From an uncultured Methanospirillum sp. (lineage in GTDB: Archaea > Halobacteriota > Methanomicrobia > Methanomicrobiales > Methanospirillaceae), in assembly GCA_964637135.1 (NCBI GenBank), contig CAZWTX010000013.1, forward strand, positions 1-59,919: 59,919 nt of DNA. Direction: 5' to 3'. Below the pieces are notes generated by a model that searched no databases, had not been told where the DNA came from, and saw only the letters and a list, made by a program, of their open reading frames with translations. The position numbers and the translations under genes were made by a program. Below, in pieces: positions 47,096 to 57,165 of the stretch; within the stretch, counting starts at the first letter, position 1; each line of letters begins with the position of its first letter.

Positions 47096-47727
47096 GAGTT
47101 CCGGAGCGATTGTCTCGCATATATCCTGACCGGGGTCTTTCGTCCGGCTGGCCGTGTTTTTCCGGCACCGATAGCTGCAAGAACCGAAGGCACGTTCTTT
47201 TCAGCATCGATATACGTCAGGCCGTACCCGACAAACCGAGCATGATGGGCATCACTCCCGGCAACCATCGGCTTTTTCAGCCTTCGTGCAATCTTCGCCG
47301 CTTTCCGGTTTGCACTCCCGAAGATGTACCGGCTGTTATAGACCTCGATGGCATCCACCGCAGCAAGCACCTCCCGGCACCTGATGGCAGCCCCGTGCCG
47401 GTACCGGTGATAGGGGTGGGGAAGAATCGCGATCCCTCCCGCAGCATGGATCATCCGGATCGTCTCAAGGATCCCCGCTCCCGGTGGCAGGGCGGTGGTA
47501 ATTCCGAGCGCAACCAGGTGTCCCTCTGCCGTTGAGATCTCGATCCCCGGGATCACGAGGACCCGGGCCGGGATGGTCTCTGCCTCCTTCCATCCGGTGA
47601 TGGTGTCATGATCCGTGATTGCTATCACGTCAAGTCCGGCGTGTTCGGCCGCGTGCAGGATATCCCTGACCCGGCTCTCCCCGTCCTTTGAGTGTGCCGT
47701 ATGGATATGCAGGTCTGCAGAGAGCAT
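47062..47727 (-). CDS. PHP-domain metallophosphoesterase
   Basis: DLHIHT, AITDHD, G.EIS, HP, GSDAH. Confidence 0.92.
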   Translation of the reverse strand: MLSADLHIHTAHSKDGESRVRDILHAAEHAGLDVIAITDHDTITGWKEAETIPARVLVIPGIEISTAEGHLVALGITTALPPGAGILETIRMIHAAGGIAILPHPYHRYRHGAAIRCREVLAAVDAIEVYNSRYIFGSANRKAAKIARRLKKPMVAGSDAHHARFVGYGLTYIDAEKNVPSVLAAIGAGKTRPAGRKTPVRIYARQSLRNSWRKIRRRIHR

Positions 47728-47765
47728 TATACATTGTTTTATTCTTCCCCATATAATGAAAATTC

Positions 47766-49181
47766 ATGAAATTGCTTCTCCCCACCGGCAGGGTCACCGC
47801 TGATATCGTTCGGGAGGCTGCCGCCGGGAGAGACGCCGAAGTGGTTATCACCGGAGAACTTGCCTCCTTTCTCACCCCGGCCAGCCTGCGGGATCTGCTC
47901 AGGACAAGAACCCCGGAGATGGTGATCGTCTCCGGGATGTGCACCGCTTCCTTTGCTGCGATCGAAGAGGAGAACGGCATTCCGGTCTTTCTTGGACCGC
48001 GTCATGCCGCCGACCTGAAGATGGTTCTCGAGAACCTGGGCCCCGATACCCTCTCCCGGGAGATCCCGGCGGATGAGTTTCTGGGTGCCCGGCGGAGGGA
48101 TGAAGCCTACCGGATCATCGCAGAACGGGAGGATGAGGCAACAGCTGCCTTTACAATCCGGGGATGCAGGATCGGGGGGAACAGCCGGATCAAGGTTCTT
48201 GCCGAGATCATGGATGCCCACCGGCATCCCGATATCAGGGGAACCGTTATCGCATCCTTTGAGCGCGGTGCCGATATCGTGGATCTCGGGTTCGGGTTTG
48301 ATGCAACCGCTGACGATGTCAGGAGGGTCTTCTCCCTGCTCACCGATATCCCCGGACCGCTTGCAGCAGATACACAGGATCCTGACCTCATTCTGGCAGC
48401 CCTCGGCAGGGCAGACCTCATCCTCTCCCTTCATGCAGGCAACCTCGTAGCAGCAGGCCCAGCAGTCGCTGCTGCAGGCGCTGCAGCGGTGATCCTCCCT
48501 GAGGGCGGGGATATCCAGGCAAACCTTGCGGCAGCATATGCTGCCGGGGTACGCAGATGCATCATCGATCCAATCCTCGATCCCGCCGGTATGGGTCTCG
48601 TCAGGTCATTGATGCGATTTTCGAACCTCCCAAACGTTCCGGTCTTTTTCGGGGCAGGCAATGTCATCGAACTCATCGACGCCGATTCGGTCGGAATCAC
48701 CGCCCTCCTTGCCGCGATGGCATACGAGACCGGTGCATCTGTTATCTTCTGCAGTGAGCACAGCGACAAGACGACCGGATGTATCGCCGAGATGCGCCGG
48801 GCAAGCGAGATGATGGCGCTTATGAAGGGCAGGCCCTATCCCAAGGATCTCGGGATTGATCTCTTCTCGATCAAGGAGAAACGCCGGCGAAGAGAGCCCC
48901 CGCTTGAATATCACACGCTCATCGAAGCAGGGAAACCGGAGGGGGAACTCATCTATGATCCCTGCGGCAACTTCAGGATTGGAATCGAGGGACCATACAT
49001 CGTGGCGGTAAAAAACGGAGTCGCCGTTAAGGGACGCCGGTGGATCGACGTGATGCAGACCCTCATTGAACGGGGGGATCTCTCCCGCCTTGACCATGCC
49101 GCATACCTTGGTCAGGAACTCGCGAAAGCCGAACTCGCGATACGATTTAACCGGAGTTTTGAGCAGGATGGCCCGTTCTGA
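47766..49181 (+). CDS. Dihydropteroate synthase-like protein with C-terminal DUF4346-like domain
   Basis: IKVLAEI.DA, GADIVDLG, GN..ELIDADS.G, DP.G.F.I, DHAAYLG.EL.KA. Confidence 0.88.
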   Translation: MKLLLPTGRVTADIVREAAAGRDAEVVITGELASFLTPASLRDLLRTRTPEMVIVSGMCTASFAAIEEENGIPVFLGPRHAADLKMVLENLGPDTLSREIPADEFLGARRRDEAYRIIAEREDEATAAFTIRGCRIGGNSRIKVLAEIMDAHRHPDIRGTVIASFERGADIVDLGFGFDATADDVRRVFSLLTDIPGPLAADTQDPDLILAALGRADLILSLHAGNLVAAGPAVAAAGAAAVILPEGGDIQANLAAAYAAGVRRCIIDPILDPAGMGLVRSLMRFSNLPNVPVFFGAGNVIELIDADSVGITALLAAMAYETGASVIFCSEHSDKTTGCIAEMRRASEMMALMKGRPYPKDLGIDLFSIKEKRRRREPPLEYHTLIEAGKPEGELIYDPCGNFRIGIEGPYIVAVKNGVAVKGRRWIDVMQTLIERGDLSRLDHAAYLGQELAKAELAIRFNRSFEQDGPF

Positions 49182-49233
49182 CCCCCGGGTATGATGAGGG
49201 ATCAGGAGAAAACAGGTATACATAGCAGCCGGT

Positions 49234-49608
49234 ATGACCATCAGAGCGATTGACAGCAGCCTGCTCGAACTTCTCCTTTTCATGGGGCAGGAAGCGCATC
49301 CAAAAGAATTTGCAGCATTTCTCATCGAACAGGACGGGGTACTTGCCGAACTCACCCTCATTCCCGGGACGATCGGGGGAACCGGGAGTGCGACTATTCC
49401 CCTGGACATGATCCCGACCGGTCTGTCGGTTGCCGGCAGCGCCCACAGCCATCCGAACGGGATAACCAGTCCGTCCGACGCTGACATCTCCTTCTTCTCC
49501 CAGAGCGGCGCCAGTTGCCACATCATCGTCGGCTTCCCGTACGAACCGGAGTGTTACTCGGCATTCCACCCGGACGGTTCGGTCTTCGATCTTGAGGTGA
49601 CCGGATGA
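49234..49608 (+). CDS. JAMM/MPN+ metalloprotease
   Basis: Upstream Glu plus HSHPNGITSPSDAD (HxH-x7-S-x2-D). Confidence 0.9.
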   Translation: MTIRAIDSSLLELLLFMGQEAHPKEFAAFLIEQDGVLAELTLIPGTIGGTGSATIPLDMIPTGLSVAGSAHSHPNGITSPSDADISFFSQSGASCHIIVGFPYEPECYSAFHPDGSVFDLEVTG

Positions 49609-50036
49609 GGCGGGTGGTTGCAACCGGAACCTTTGACATCCTTCACCCCGGCCATCTCTGGTACCTTGAGAAGTCTGCTGAACTCGGGGACGAACTCTTC
49701 GTGATCGTTGCCCGTGACCGGAACGTGAAACACAAGCCGAGGCCGCTCATTCCCGAGCAGCAGCGTCTTACCATGATCCAGGCCTTAAAACCGGTCACGA
49801 AAGCCGTGCTAGGGGATCGGGAAGACATGTTCCGCCCGATCAGGGAGATACGCCCGGATGTCATCACGCTCGGGTTTAACCAGCATTTCGATGAGACGCA
49901 GCTCGGGACAGCACTTGCCAGCCAGGGCATCAACGCCGGGGTGATCCGGATCGGAGAATATACCGGCTCGCCGTTCACCAGTTCAAGCAGTATATGTGAG
50001 GCAATTCTCCGGGAGAGATCACTCCCGGGAACCTGA
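49605..50036 (+). CDS. ribL: Archaeal FAD synthase
   Basis: ATGTFDILHPGH, VARD, PDVITLG..Q; typical gene context. Confidence 0.85.
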   Translation: MRRVVATGTFDILHPGHLWYLEKSAELGDELFVIVARDRNVKHKPRPLIPEQQRLTMIQALKPVTKAVLGDREDMFRPIREIRPDVITLGFNQHFDETQLGTALASQGINAGVIRIGEYTGSPFTSSSSICEAILRERSLPGT

Positions 50037-50885
50037 CGGCAGGATCCTGACCGGGCAGGGGAGGGCGTCGATAAGGTTCCCGGCGGTGCGGACAACGACC
50101 GATGCCTCCTCAAGCATCAGGTTGACAAGCTCAGCAGAACCAACCTGCCTGAAATCGGTCCGGAGTGCGATCACGGGAATTCCCCGGGCGTACGCATACC
50201 CGATCTCAAAGGCGGTCCCCGAATCGGCATCAGGACCATCGATGATGGCAACAACGAGGTCTGCCCGATCAAGGGCCGCAAGGTTTTCCCTGAAGATCTC
50301 CGCGTGCACGTCATGTGTCCGGGACGCGTCGGTGTCCCCGATCTCCTGGGGAAGGTGAACAGCATATGCCTGTTCTTCAAGAAGTCCTGCAATGAACCGG
50401 TTGTACCGCTGTTCGGCCTCGCTGAAGAGTGGCGCAGCGAGATAGACCTCGTACGCGGCAAAGGCATATACGTCGTATGCCGGAATCCCGGGAAAACGGG
50501 AGAGAAACACGCCACGCCCGGGACGTTTCGGATCACTGCCGTTTACCGGACCGTAATATGTCTGTGTGACACCGCAGACCGGCGAAGAATCAACACCGAT
50601 GATCGCTGCCGGAAGACCTTCGGCAGAGAAGAGATCCCTCATGGCGGTTTCCTCACGGTCAAGGAGGGCCGTAAAAGCCGGGGTATCGAGCCGGTCAAGG
50701 AAATACCCGGGGGGATGATCCCTCCCGAAGTACATGGTCTCTAGGCAGGGGAGATCCCGGACCGTGATACCGAAGCGTTTGCACCGCTCACCAGCCTTCC
50801 TGAAGGCTGCCAGATCGCGTTCATGGGTGATGCCCGTTGCACGCAGGGAGGGATCATGGATACAGGGGCAGAAGAGGACGTACAT
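50019..50885 (-). CDS. Fusion of DUF523/TudS-like Fe-S domain and nucleoside 2-deoxyribosyltransferase-family domain
   Basis: FCPC, LPCLE, GVDSSPVCG; then YLAAPLFS, PQ, D.DSGTAFE.GYA, NLML. Confidence 0.8.
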   Translation of the reverse strand: MYVLFCPCIHDPSLRATGITHERDLAAFRKAGERCKRFGITVRDLPCLETMYFGRDHPPGYFLDRLDTPAFTALLDREETAMRDLFSAEGLPAAIIGVDSSPVCGVTQTYYGPVNGSDPKRPGRGVFLSRFPGIPAYDVYAFAAYEVYLAAPLFSEAEQRYNRFIAGLLEEQAYAVHLPQEIGDTDASRTHDVHAEIFRENLAALDRADLVVAIIDGPDADSGTAFEIGYAYARGIPVIALRTDFRQVGSAELVNLMLEEASVVVRTAGNLIDALPCPVRILPSGSRE

Positions 50886-50916
50886 TCTTATCAGATCTCA
50901 GGTGGAGTGATGATAG

Positions 50917-51423
50917 ATGATTCCGCTCCTCGCCTACCGGGACAACACCTGTGATCCCCGGAAATGCACGATAAAAAAACTGGAGCGGGCAGGATTTGTC
51001 AGGATATTTCCCCGGCTCTCAGCTATCCCGAAGACGAGCCTGATCCTCGATCCGACTGCCGAACAGGCACTCTCTCCTGCCGACCGGGATCGGACGAAGA
51101 GTATTACCGCCCTTGACTGCTCCTGGGCTGTTCTCGACACGAGCATCGTGAAGAACTGGCGGTACCGCCGTGCCCTCCCGTTCCTCGTCGCGGCGAACCC
51201 GGTCAACTTTGGCAAGCCCTTCAAACTCACCTCAGCGGAAGCGATCGCTGCTGCCCTGTACATTCTCGGGGAGAAGGAACAGGCAACCGCCCTCCTTGCA
51301 AAACTCTCCTGGGGACTGCGGTTCCTCCAGCTGAACGAGGAGCCCCTTGATGCATACGCAGGGGCACCGGACAGTGCCGGTGTCATCGCCATTCAGGCCG
51401 AGTTCATCGATCTGCCAGAATAG
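50917..51423 (+). CDS. tsr3: 16S rRNA aminocarboxypropyltransferase (DUF367)
   Basis: CDPRKCT..KL, LDCSW, RALPFLVAANPVNFG, EA.AAAL. Confidence 0.93.
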   Translation: MIPLLAYRDNTCDPRKCTIKKLERAGFVRIFPRLSAIPKTSLILDPTAEQALSPADRDRTKSITALDCSWAVLDTSIVKNWRYRRALPFLVAANPVNFGKPFKLTSAEAIAAALYILGEKEQATALLAKLSWGLRFLQLNEEPLDAYAGAPDSAGVIAIQAEFIDLPE

Positions 51424-51483
51424 CCCGGGGTACATCATTATCCGTTCATGAAGCGATAGGATCCTGTTGTATAGTGGTATAGA

Positions 51484-52797
51484 ATGGGACTGTTAGATCG
51501 TCTCTCCGGACAGGATGCAAGTCCTGCAGAACCATACTGCCAGAAAGGGGCCACACTTCTGGCGAAGGAGCGGTACGAGGATGCCATACAGGCCTTTAAC
51601 CGTGGCATAGAACTTGACCGGAGCCATACTGCCTGCTGGATCGGTATGGGGAAGGCATATGCTGCCCAGGGAAGAAACGAACGGTCAGAAGAGTGCTTTA
51701 ACCGGGCCATTGATACGAATCCCGAACTCCCGGAGGCACTTGCCATGAAAGCATCAGCTCTCCGGGTGACCGCTCTTCAGAAGCAGGATGCCCTGAAAGG
51801 GCTTGAGGCAATCGAGTTCTGTAACCGGGCGATCAGGATCGATCCTGACTGTGCGATCGCCCTCCATGAGAAAGGAATGGCACTCTGGACTCTCGGCAAA
51901 CGGGATGAGGCCATCGCTCTCTTTGAAAAAGCGAAGAAACTTGACTCCTCGTACGAGTACCCCTGGGCTCTGAAAGGGCGCTACCTCTTTGCGCAACGCC
52001 GGTACCAGGAGGCCTCCGATGCCTTTGAACAGGCCCTGAAGAGAAGACCGGATGATCCGGATACCCTCTTCAACCTGGGACGCTGCCTGATGAAGAACGG
52101 GGCATATCATCATGCAATAACCCATTTCAAGCATACATTAAAGATCAAACCGGATTTTCCCGCAGCCTGGATCCTCATCGGTAACTCCTTCAAGGTGATT
52201 CACCGGTACGAAGAGGCAATTGAGGCATACGAGACGGCAATGGAGCATGATCCCGGGAGTACCAAGTACTGGAAGAACATCGCGGATGTCTACCAGGTGA
52301 TGGGGAACCATGCCCTCTACAAGGAAGGGAAGTACCAGCAGGCGATCGGGTATTATGACCGGGTACTGAAGATGATCCCAAGAAGCGTGACGGCATGGTA
52401 CTCCCGGGGAATGGCATACAAGAAACTCGGTGCAACGAGAAATGCCATCGCCTGTTTCCTGAAGGTAGTCGAGATCGATCAGCAGAACGCCCATGCATAC
52501 TTTGAGATGGCCCTCCTCCTTGAGAAGACAAAAAACAACGAGGAGGCAATCCGGTGTTACATTGAGGCGGTCAGGTGTGATCCCTCCCATTATGACGCAA
52601 TGTACCGGCTTGGCAACCTCCTCACCGAGGCAGGTGACTACAAGGGAGCAATCGCGTACTTTGACCGGATCCTCGAGAAAAGGCCGGAACAGTCCACCGC
52701 CTGGTACGCAAAAGGGAAAGCCCTCCAGCGGCGTGGACAGACCGACGATGCTGAGCGCTGCTTTGAACGGGCTTCGAGAATCGCTGCTTCGCGGTGA
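51484..52797 (+). CDS. Tetratricopeptide repeat protein
   Basis: About 12 consecutive 34-aa TPRs. Confidence 0.92.
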   Translation: MGLLDRLSGQDASPAEPYCQKGATLLAKERYEDAIQAFNRGIELDRSHTACWIGMGKAYAAQGRNERSEECFNRAIDTNPELPEALAMKASALRVTALQKQDALKGLEAIEFCNRAIRIDPDCAIALHEKGMALWTLGKRDEAIALFEKAKKLDSSYEYPWALKGRYLFAQRRYQEASDAFEQALKRRPDDPDTLFNLGRCLMKNGAYHHAITHFKHTLKIKPDFPAAWILIGNSFKVIHRYEEAIEAYETAMEHDPGSTKYWKNIADVYQVMGNHALYKEGKYQQAIGYYDRVLKMIPRSVTAWYSRGMAYKKLGATRNAIACFLKVVEIDQQNAHAYFEMALLLEKTKNNEEAIRCYIEAVRCDPSHYDAMYRLGNLLTEAGDYKGAIAYFDRILEKRPEQSTAWYAKGKALQRRGQTDDAERCFERASRIAASR

Positions 52798-52814
52798 GCC
52801 GGCCGGGGCAGCAG

Positions 52815-53396
52815 TCAGACGTCAAACCCGAGTTTGTTCGGAGCAGGAACCACCTGCGGTCCGTTGAACTCCGGGTTTCCAAGGATATACTCGACGATCA
52901 GCTCGGCGAACCGCTTTGCATCGTTCGGATCCCTGACGGTAACGATCCGATCGAGGAAGACCACGGGCTTATCCTGGTACTTGACGTCCATCTTCATCAG
53001 TTCCCGGATTGGGGGCCCTGATATCACGGTTGCCGGGCGTTTCTTCAGGATACCTGCCCGTGCCATTACAACCGGGGCCGTGCTGATTCCACCGATCACT
53101 TTCTTATGCATCCGGAAGATTTTGACGAGTTCCTGGAGATCCTTGCTGTTCCAGAAGTGTGATGTGGCACCATTGCCGCCAAGGATGGCAATGGCATCGA
53201 ACTCTTCCTCCTTTGAGAGGATGACATCCTCAAAACTGAGGGTAATATTGACTCTCCCCCCGAAGGATCCCTTCGCATACCCGGTCTGGTTGGAGGCAAA
53301 CTCATACTGGGCTTTATTCAGGTCGAAGACCGCCAAAGACTGGCTCAGCTCCTTGTCATGGTAGCCGGTCATCGGAATGGCGATCAGGATCTTCAT
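52815..53396 (-). CDS. DJ-1/PfpI-family protein with Ser at the nucleophile Cys position
   Basis: D.E, FDAI..LGG.G, GGISTAP, AGIL, V..DRIVT. Confidence 0.82.
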   Translation of the reverse strand: MKILIAIPMTGYHDKELSQSLAVFDLNKAQYEFASNQTGYAKGSFGGRVNITLSFEDVILSKEEEFDAIAILGGNGATSHFWNSKDLQELVKIFRMHKKVIGGISTAPVVMARAGILKKRPATVISGPPIRELMKMDVKYQDKPVVFLDRIVTVRDPNDAKRFAELIVEYILGNPEFNGPQVVPAPNKLGFDV

Positions 53397-53534
53397 AGAC
53401 TGATAACCTGTTGAACCCTGAAGTATTTGAGTACCCCGGTATTTAGGCATCCTATGCCTGGAAAAACACGGATTTCAGGCATTGAAATAAAAAAAATGCA
53501 GAGCATTCATCTCAAACGGCATCCGGATATGCAG

Positions 53535-54077
53535 TCAGGAGACCTCTGTAACCTTCTTCCAGGGGAGCACCGACAGATTGTCAGCATCCATCGCCGGAAG
53601 CGTCCAGGGACTGAGATCGGGGTAGGTTCCGGTGAGGTTCTTCCAGGCGGAGAGGGCGGCAGTGTGATACGCCAGAGCCGCGTCATAACGATCAGATTCC
53701 CGGCCGGTGATCACAAGCATATCCCTCAGGTCACGGTACCCCTCGTATGACTTTCCTGCCATGGCCGTGTAATAGAGATACCCGATGATATCACCTGCCG
53801 TCGGATAGAGGTCAGGGCTGACATTCTTCTGCCGCAGGCGGAGATACGCCCCGTACACCTCTGCCCGGTCCATCCCCACCGGCACGGTGCGGCCGGATAT
53901 TTTTTTGATGATCGTCCCGGCATCGTCCATGAATGCGTCGTCAGTATACGGGATCGACGGGTCAGGACTCTTCAGATCCACAGGAATACCAGGCAGTCCG
54001 GTGTCAGCAACAACCATTCCGCAGAGCAGACAGGCGAGGATGGACGTCCCAAAGAGGATATGTGATATCAGGTTCAT
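53535..54077 (-). CDS. Secreted hypothetical protein, single copy of a ~150-aa helical domain
   Basis: Signal peptide; paralogous to 54141-55217. Confidence 0.75.
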   Translation of the reverse strand: MNLISHILFGTSILACLLCGMVVADTGLPGIPVDLKSPDPSIPYTDDAFMDDAGTIIKKISGRTVPVGMDRAEVYGAYLRLRQKNVSPDLYPTAGDIIGYLYYTAMAGKSYEGYRDLRDMLVITGRESDRYDAALAYHTAALSAWKNLTGTYPDLSPWTLPAMDADNLSVLPWKKVTEVS

Positions 54078-54140
54078 CGTGAATGCTCCCATGACATGCA
54101 TGCATCACCGATCCCTGGCATGAAAGGAGAGGATCTCTCC

Positions 54141-55217
54141 CTACTGCCAACCGCCTTCCCAGGCCTTCAGCCCTTCCTTGAGGATATCCTCGTAGTTACC
54201 CACGACCTCATCAATTTTCGGATACTCGGGGAATGACGCTTCGGTCAGGTTCGGAATCCGCCCTTTTAGGATGCCAAGGGTCTTGTTTGCTTCGTTGAAG
54301 TACTTCTCAGACTCGGCATAGTTCTTCTCACCGGTGGTCGTCGATGAGACTGATGTCCGATCCTGGATATAATCATCATAATACTTCTTTGCCTGGCTGA
54401 GGTAGTAGAAGAACGCCCCGATGTAATTTGCAGTATCATAGAAGTCAGGATCAACGTTCTCAGAGATGACCTCCTTCCAGGTTGCCCGGGCATGCTCGAC
54501 TCCGTCGTTGTTCATGAAGTTGGTACCGTTCGACAGGCCACCGGCTTCCTCTCCTGTCGGAACATATTCCACGTAGTCCTCAACCCAGCGGGTGAAGAGG
54601 GTCTGTACCTTCTCGCTCGCATACGGGGAGGCGGGATTGGGATCCTTCTGGGCCATCGCTATCGGGAGATCAAGCCCGGGAAGGACTGTTCCGCTGACGC
54701 TCGTCTCGGTCTCTTCGAGGAGGGTCATCTCATCCGGGAGGTACCAGGGGCTCATATTCGGGAACTGGTCCTGGATGTTCTTCCAGAACCAGGCTGCCGC
54801 GGTGTGGTAGTCCTGTGCCTGCTTATAATAGTCTGATCCGTCAGAGGTGGAGCTCAGCTGGTTTTTTGCCTGGACAAACGCCTCCGCAGACTCACCGGCT
54901 TTTGCCGTGTAGAAGAGGTAGGCAACGATGTTGAGACCGGCCGGATGGAGACCGGGGCTGACGTTCTTGTCACGCAGGCGGATATATGCCCCGTAGATCT
55001 GGTTCCGTTCCGCCCGCATCGGGACACTCATGTTAGATATCTGGCCAATCATCGAAGTGGCATCAGACATGAACGCATCATCGGCATACGGGGAGGCGGG
55101 ATCAGGATCCTTGAGATCCACCGGGATCTTCTCAAGGCCGAGATCTGCCGTGGCAACCCAGCAGATACTGCAGCAGACCGCCATAATGGCTATGAGGATA
55201 GTGCAGGCACGTACCAT
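54141..55217 (-). CDS. Secreted hypothetical protein, two copies of the same domain
   Basis: Signal peptide; KDPDPASPYA / KDPNPASPYA repeats. Confidence 0.78.
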   Translation of the reverse strand: MVRACTILIAIMAVCCSICWVATADLGLEKIPVDLKDPDPASPYADDAFMSDATSMIGQISNMSVPMRAERNQIYGAYIRLRDKNVSPGLHPAGLNIVAYLFYTAKAGESAEAFVQAKNQLSSTSDGSDYYKQAQDYHTAAAWFWKNIQDQFPNMSPWYLPDEMTLLEETETSVSGTVLPGLDLPIAMAQKDPNPASPYASEKVQTLFTRWVEDYVEYVPTGEEAGGLSNGTNFMNNDGVEHARATWKEVISENVDPDFYDTANYIGAFFYYLSQAKKYYDDYIQDRTSVSSTTTGEKNYAESEKYFNEANKTLGILKGRIPNLTEASFPEYPKIDEVVGNYEDILKEGLKAWEGGWQ

Positions 55218-55283
55218 GACACACAGGTTCAGAAGCTCCGGGCAAATAGTTTGCGGTACCCCCGGCAGCACGGAAAAAGAATG

Positions 55284-55619
55284 TTACCCGACAGAAGGAC
55301 TGTCCCAGGCTTTTTTCGCAACCGGGAGGCACCGGGCTACTCCAGACAGTCCGCTGACGGTAAGGGTGATCATGATGGCGTCCCTGACTTCGTTCCATGA
55401 GGCGCCTGCCGCCCGGGCCATCGGAACGTGATACATAACCGCAATCTCATTTCCGAGTGCAGCGACAATTCCGATATACACCAGGTGACGGGTTTTTTCA
55501 TCAAGCCCGTCAAGTGCCTGGATACTTTCAATGAGGGCATTATATGATGCTGCTACCCCGGGCGCCTCACTGGCAAAGAGGAGAAGCGGGTTCTCTGTGG
55601 ATGGGGGATTGGTCTCCAT
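55284..55619 (-). CDS. Carboxymuconolactone decarboxylase/AhpD-family protein
   Basis: LDEKTRHL, H...A..AGAS..E. Confidence 0.85.
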   Translation of the reverse strand: METNPPSTENPLLLFASEAPGVAASYNALIESIQALDGLDEKTRHLVYIGIVAALGNEIAVMYHVPMARAAGASWNEVRDAIMITLTVSGLSGVARCLPVAKKAWDSPSVG

Positions 55620-55711
55620 GGTGACAGCGTCTGCACCGGGATTACAGATACCTTTGCATGCATTACACAACCCATATCCCTCTGGCTGTGATAATGCTGA
55701 GAGAGGGGTAT

Positions 55712-56083
55712 ATGGCTGATGAAGAACAACTGAAGGCAATTCTCAGTGGTGTTGATGCCTGGAACCAGTGGAAGGCAGATAACCCGAGAAAGCGGCCCGA
55801 TCTCAGGGGAGCCCACCTGAGCGGGCTCAACCTTGAAGGGATCAACCTGAACGGGGCAAAACTGGACGAGGTTGATTTTGAGGCAAGCAACCTGAAACGG
55901 GCCAACATGGCCGGGGCAAGCCTGATGAAGGCCAACCTGTCACGGGCAAACCTGACTGACGCCATCATGGTAAACGTCAACCTGCAGGGAGCACGCCTTA
56001 CCGGGGCAAATGTCACCCGGACCGATCTGCGGGGTGCCAATATCGCCGGTGCCGATATCAGGAATATAAAAAAGGGACTCTGA
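55712..56083 (+). CDS. Pentapeptide repeat protein
   Basis: GVDAWNQW leader and A(N/D)Lxx repeats. Confidence 0.92.
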   Translation: MADEEQLKAILSGVDAWNQWKADNPRKRPDLRGAHLSGLNLEGINLNGAKLDEVDFEASNLKRANMAGASLMKANLSRANLTDAIMVNVNLQGARLTGANVTRTDLRGANIAGADIRNIKKGL

Positions 56084-56085
56084 AT

Positions 56086-57165
56086 TCAGAGGAGCCTGTA
56101 GAGTGTGCTCCGCTCACGCAGCTCCCTACCGAGTTCACTCGTGATATAGGCCATCTCTTCCGGATCCAAAAACTCAATGGATGCCCCGGCATCCCCGGTC
56201 ACGGCATCCACGTACATCGTTCCCGAGAGATCGTCAGCACCGGTAACAAGCGCCATCTGGCTGAGCTTGACCCCTATTTTCGGCCATGAGATCTGGATAT
56301 GATCAAAATTGTCAAGATATAACCGGCTCACCGCGGTGGTGATGAGATCGTCAGCACCGGTCGGCCCGAACCTGACCATTCCTTTCTCGTAGAGCGGGGT
56401 CTTCTGGTGGACAAACGGGAGATGGACCATCTCGGTAAATCCCCCCGTCTCATCCTGGATTGATCTGAGCACTTCCAGGTGGGCGGCCCGGTCAGCCGGG
56501 GTCTCACAGGATCCGTACATGAGTGTCGCGGTACTGGATAGTCCCATCCGGTGAGCTTCTGTTATGATTCTCGCCCATTCGGCAGTCCGGATCTTGACCG
56601 GGCAGATCGTATCCCTGACGGCATCAACCAGGATCTCGGCAGCAGTTCCCTGCATTGATCCCAGTCCGCCATCCATGAGCCGCCGAATCACCTCCGCCGT
56701 CTCAAGCCCGTCTTTTTCTGCAACCCAGGCAACTTCATCGGGAGAGAAAGCATGGATATGGACATCAGGCAGGATCTCGTGAACCCATTCCATGAACAAA
56801 AGATAATGCTCAATGGTAAAATCAGGGTGAACACCGGAGAGAAAACAGATCTCGGTCACCTTCCGCTTCTGTGCCTGGCGGATCTGGTACTGTATCTCCT
56901 CTTTTCCAAAACAGTATGCCCCCTCACTTCCCTTCTTTCGCCCAAACCCGCAAAAATTGCAGAGGTTTTTGCAGATATTCGTGATGTGGACATTCTGGTT
57001 GCGGACAAAGGTCACTGTATTGCCTGCTTTACGCTCCCTGAGTTCGTCAGCAGCCATGAACAGGTGGTGGATATCCCGGCCCTTGACCTGGTAGAGCGAG
57101 GTTGCCTCTTCAGGGCTGAGCCGGTGACCGGCAAGGGTGTCTGCAAGAAGCTCCCTGATATCCAT
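56086..57165 (-). CDS. cofH: FO synthase subunit 2 (radical SAM, F420 biosynthesis)
   Basis: TNICKNLCNFCGF, GTAAEIL, AH..G...TAT.MYG, Q.SW.K.G. Confidence 0.92.
   Translation of the reverse strand: MDIRELLADTLAGHRLSPEEATSLYQVKGRDIHHLFMAADELRERKAGNTVTFVRNQNVHITNICKNLCNFCGFGRKKGSEGAYCFGKEEIQYQIRQAQKRKVTEICFLSGVHPDFTIEHYLLFMEWVHEILPDVHIHAFSPDEVAWVAEKDGLETAEVIRRLMDGGLGSMQGTAAEILVDAVRDTICPVKIRTAEWARIITEAHRMGLSSTATLMYGSCETPADRAAHLEVLRSIQDETGGFTEMVHLPFVHQKTPLYEKGMVRFGPTGADDLITTAVSRLYLDNFDHIQISWPKIGVKLSQMALVTGADDLSGTMYVDAVTGDAGASIEFLDPEEMAYITSELGRELRERSTLYRLL

Noticed and set aside
49234..49608. JAMM protease plus E1-like MoeB plus ubiquitin-like MoaD as a CBASS/Bil-type defence system
   Set aside because: The genes are about 23 kb apart, there is no E2 or cyclase, and each sits in an ordinary context (moaE; DHPS-like and ribL)
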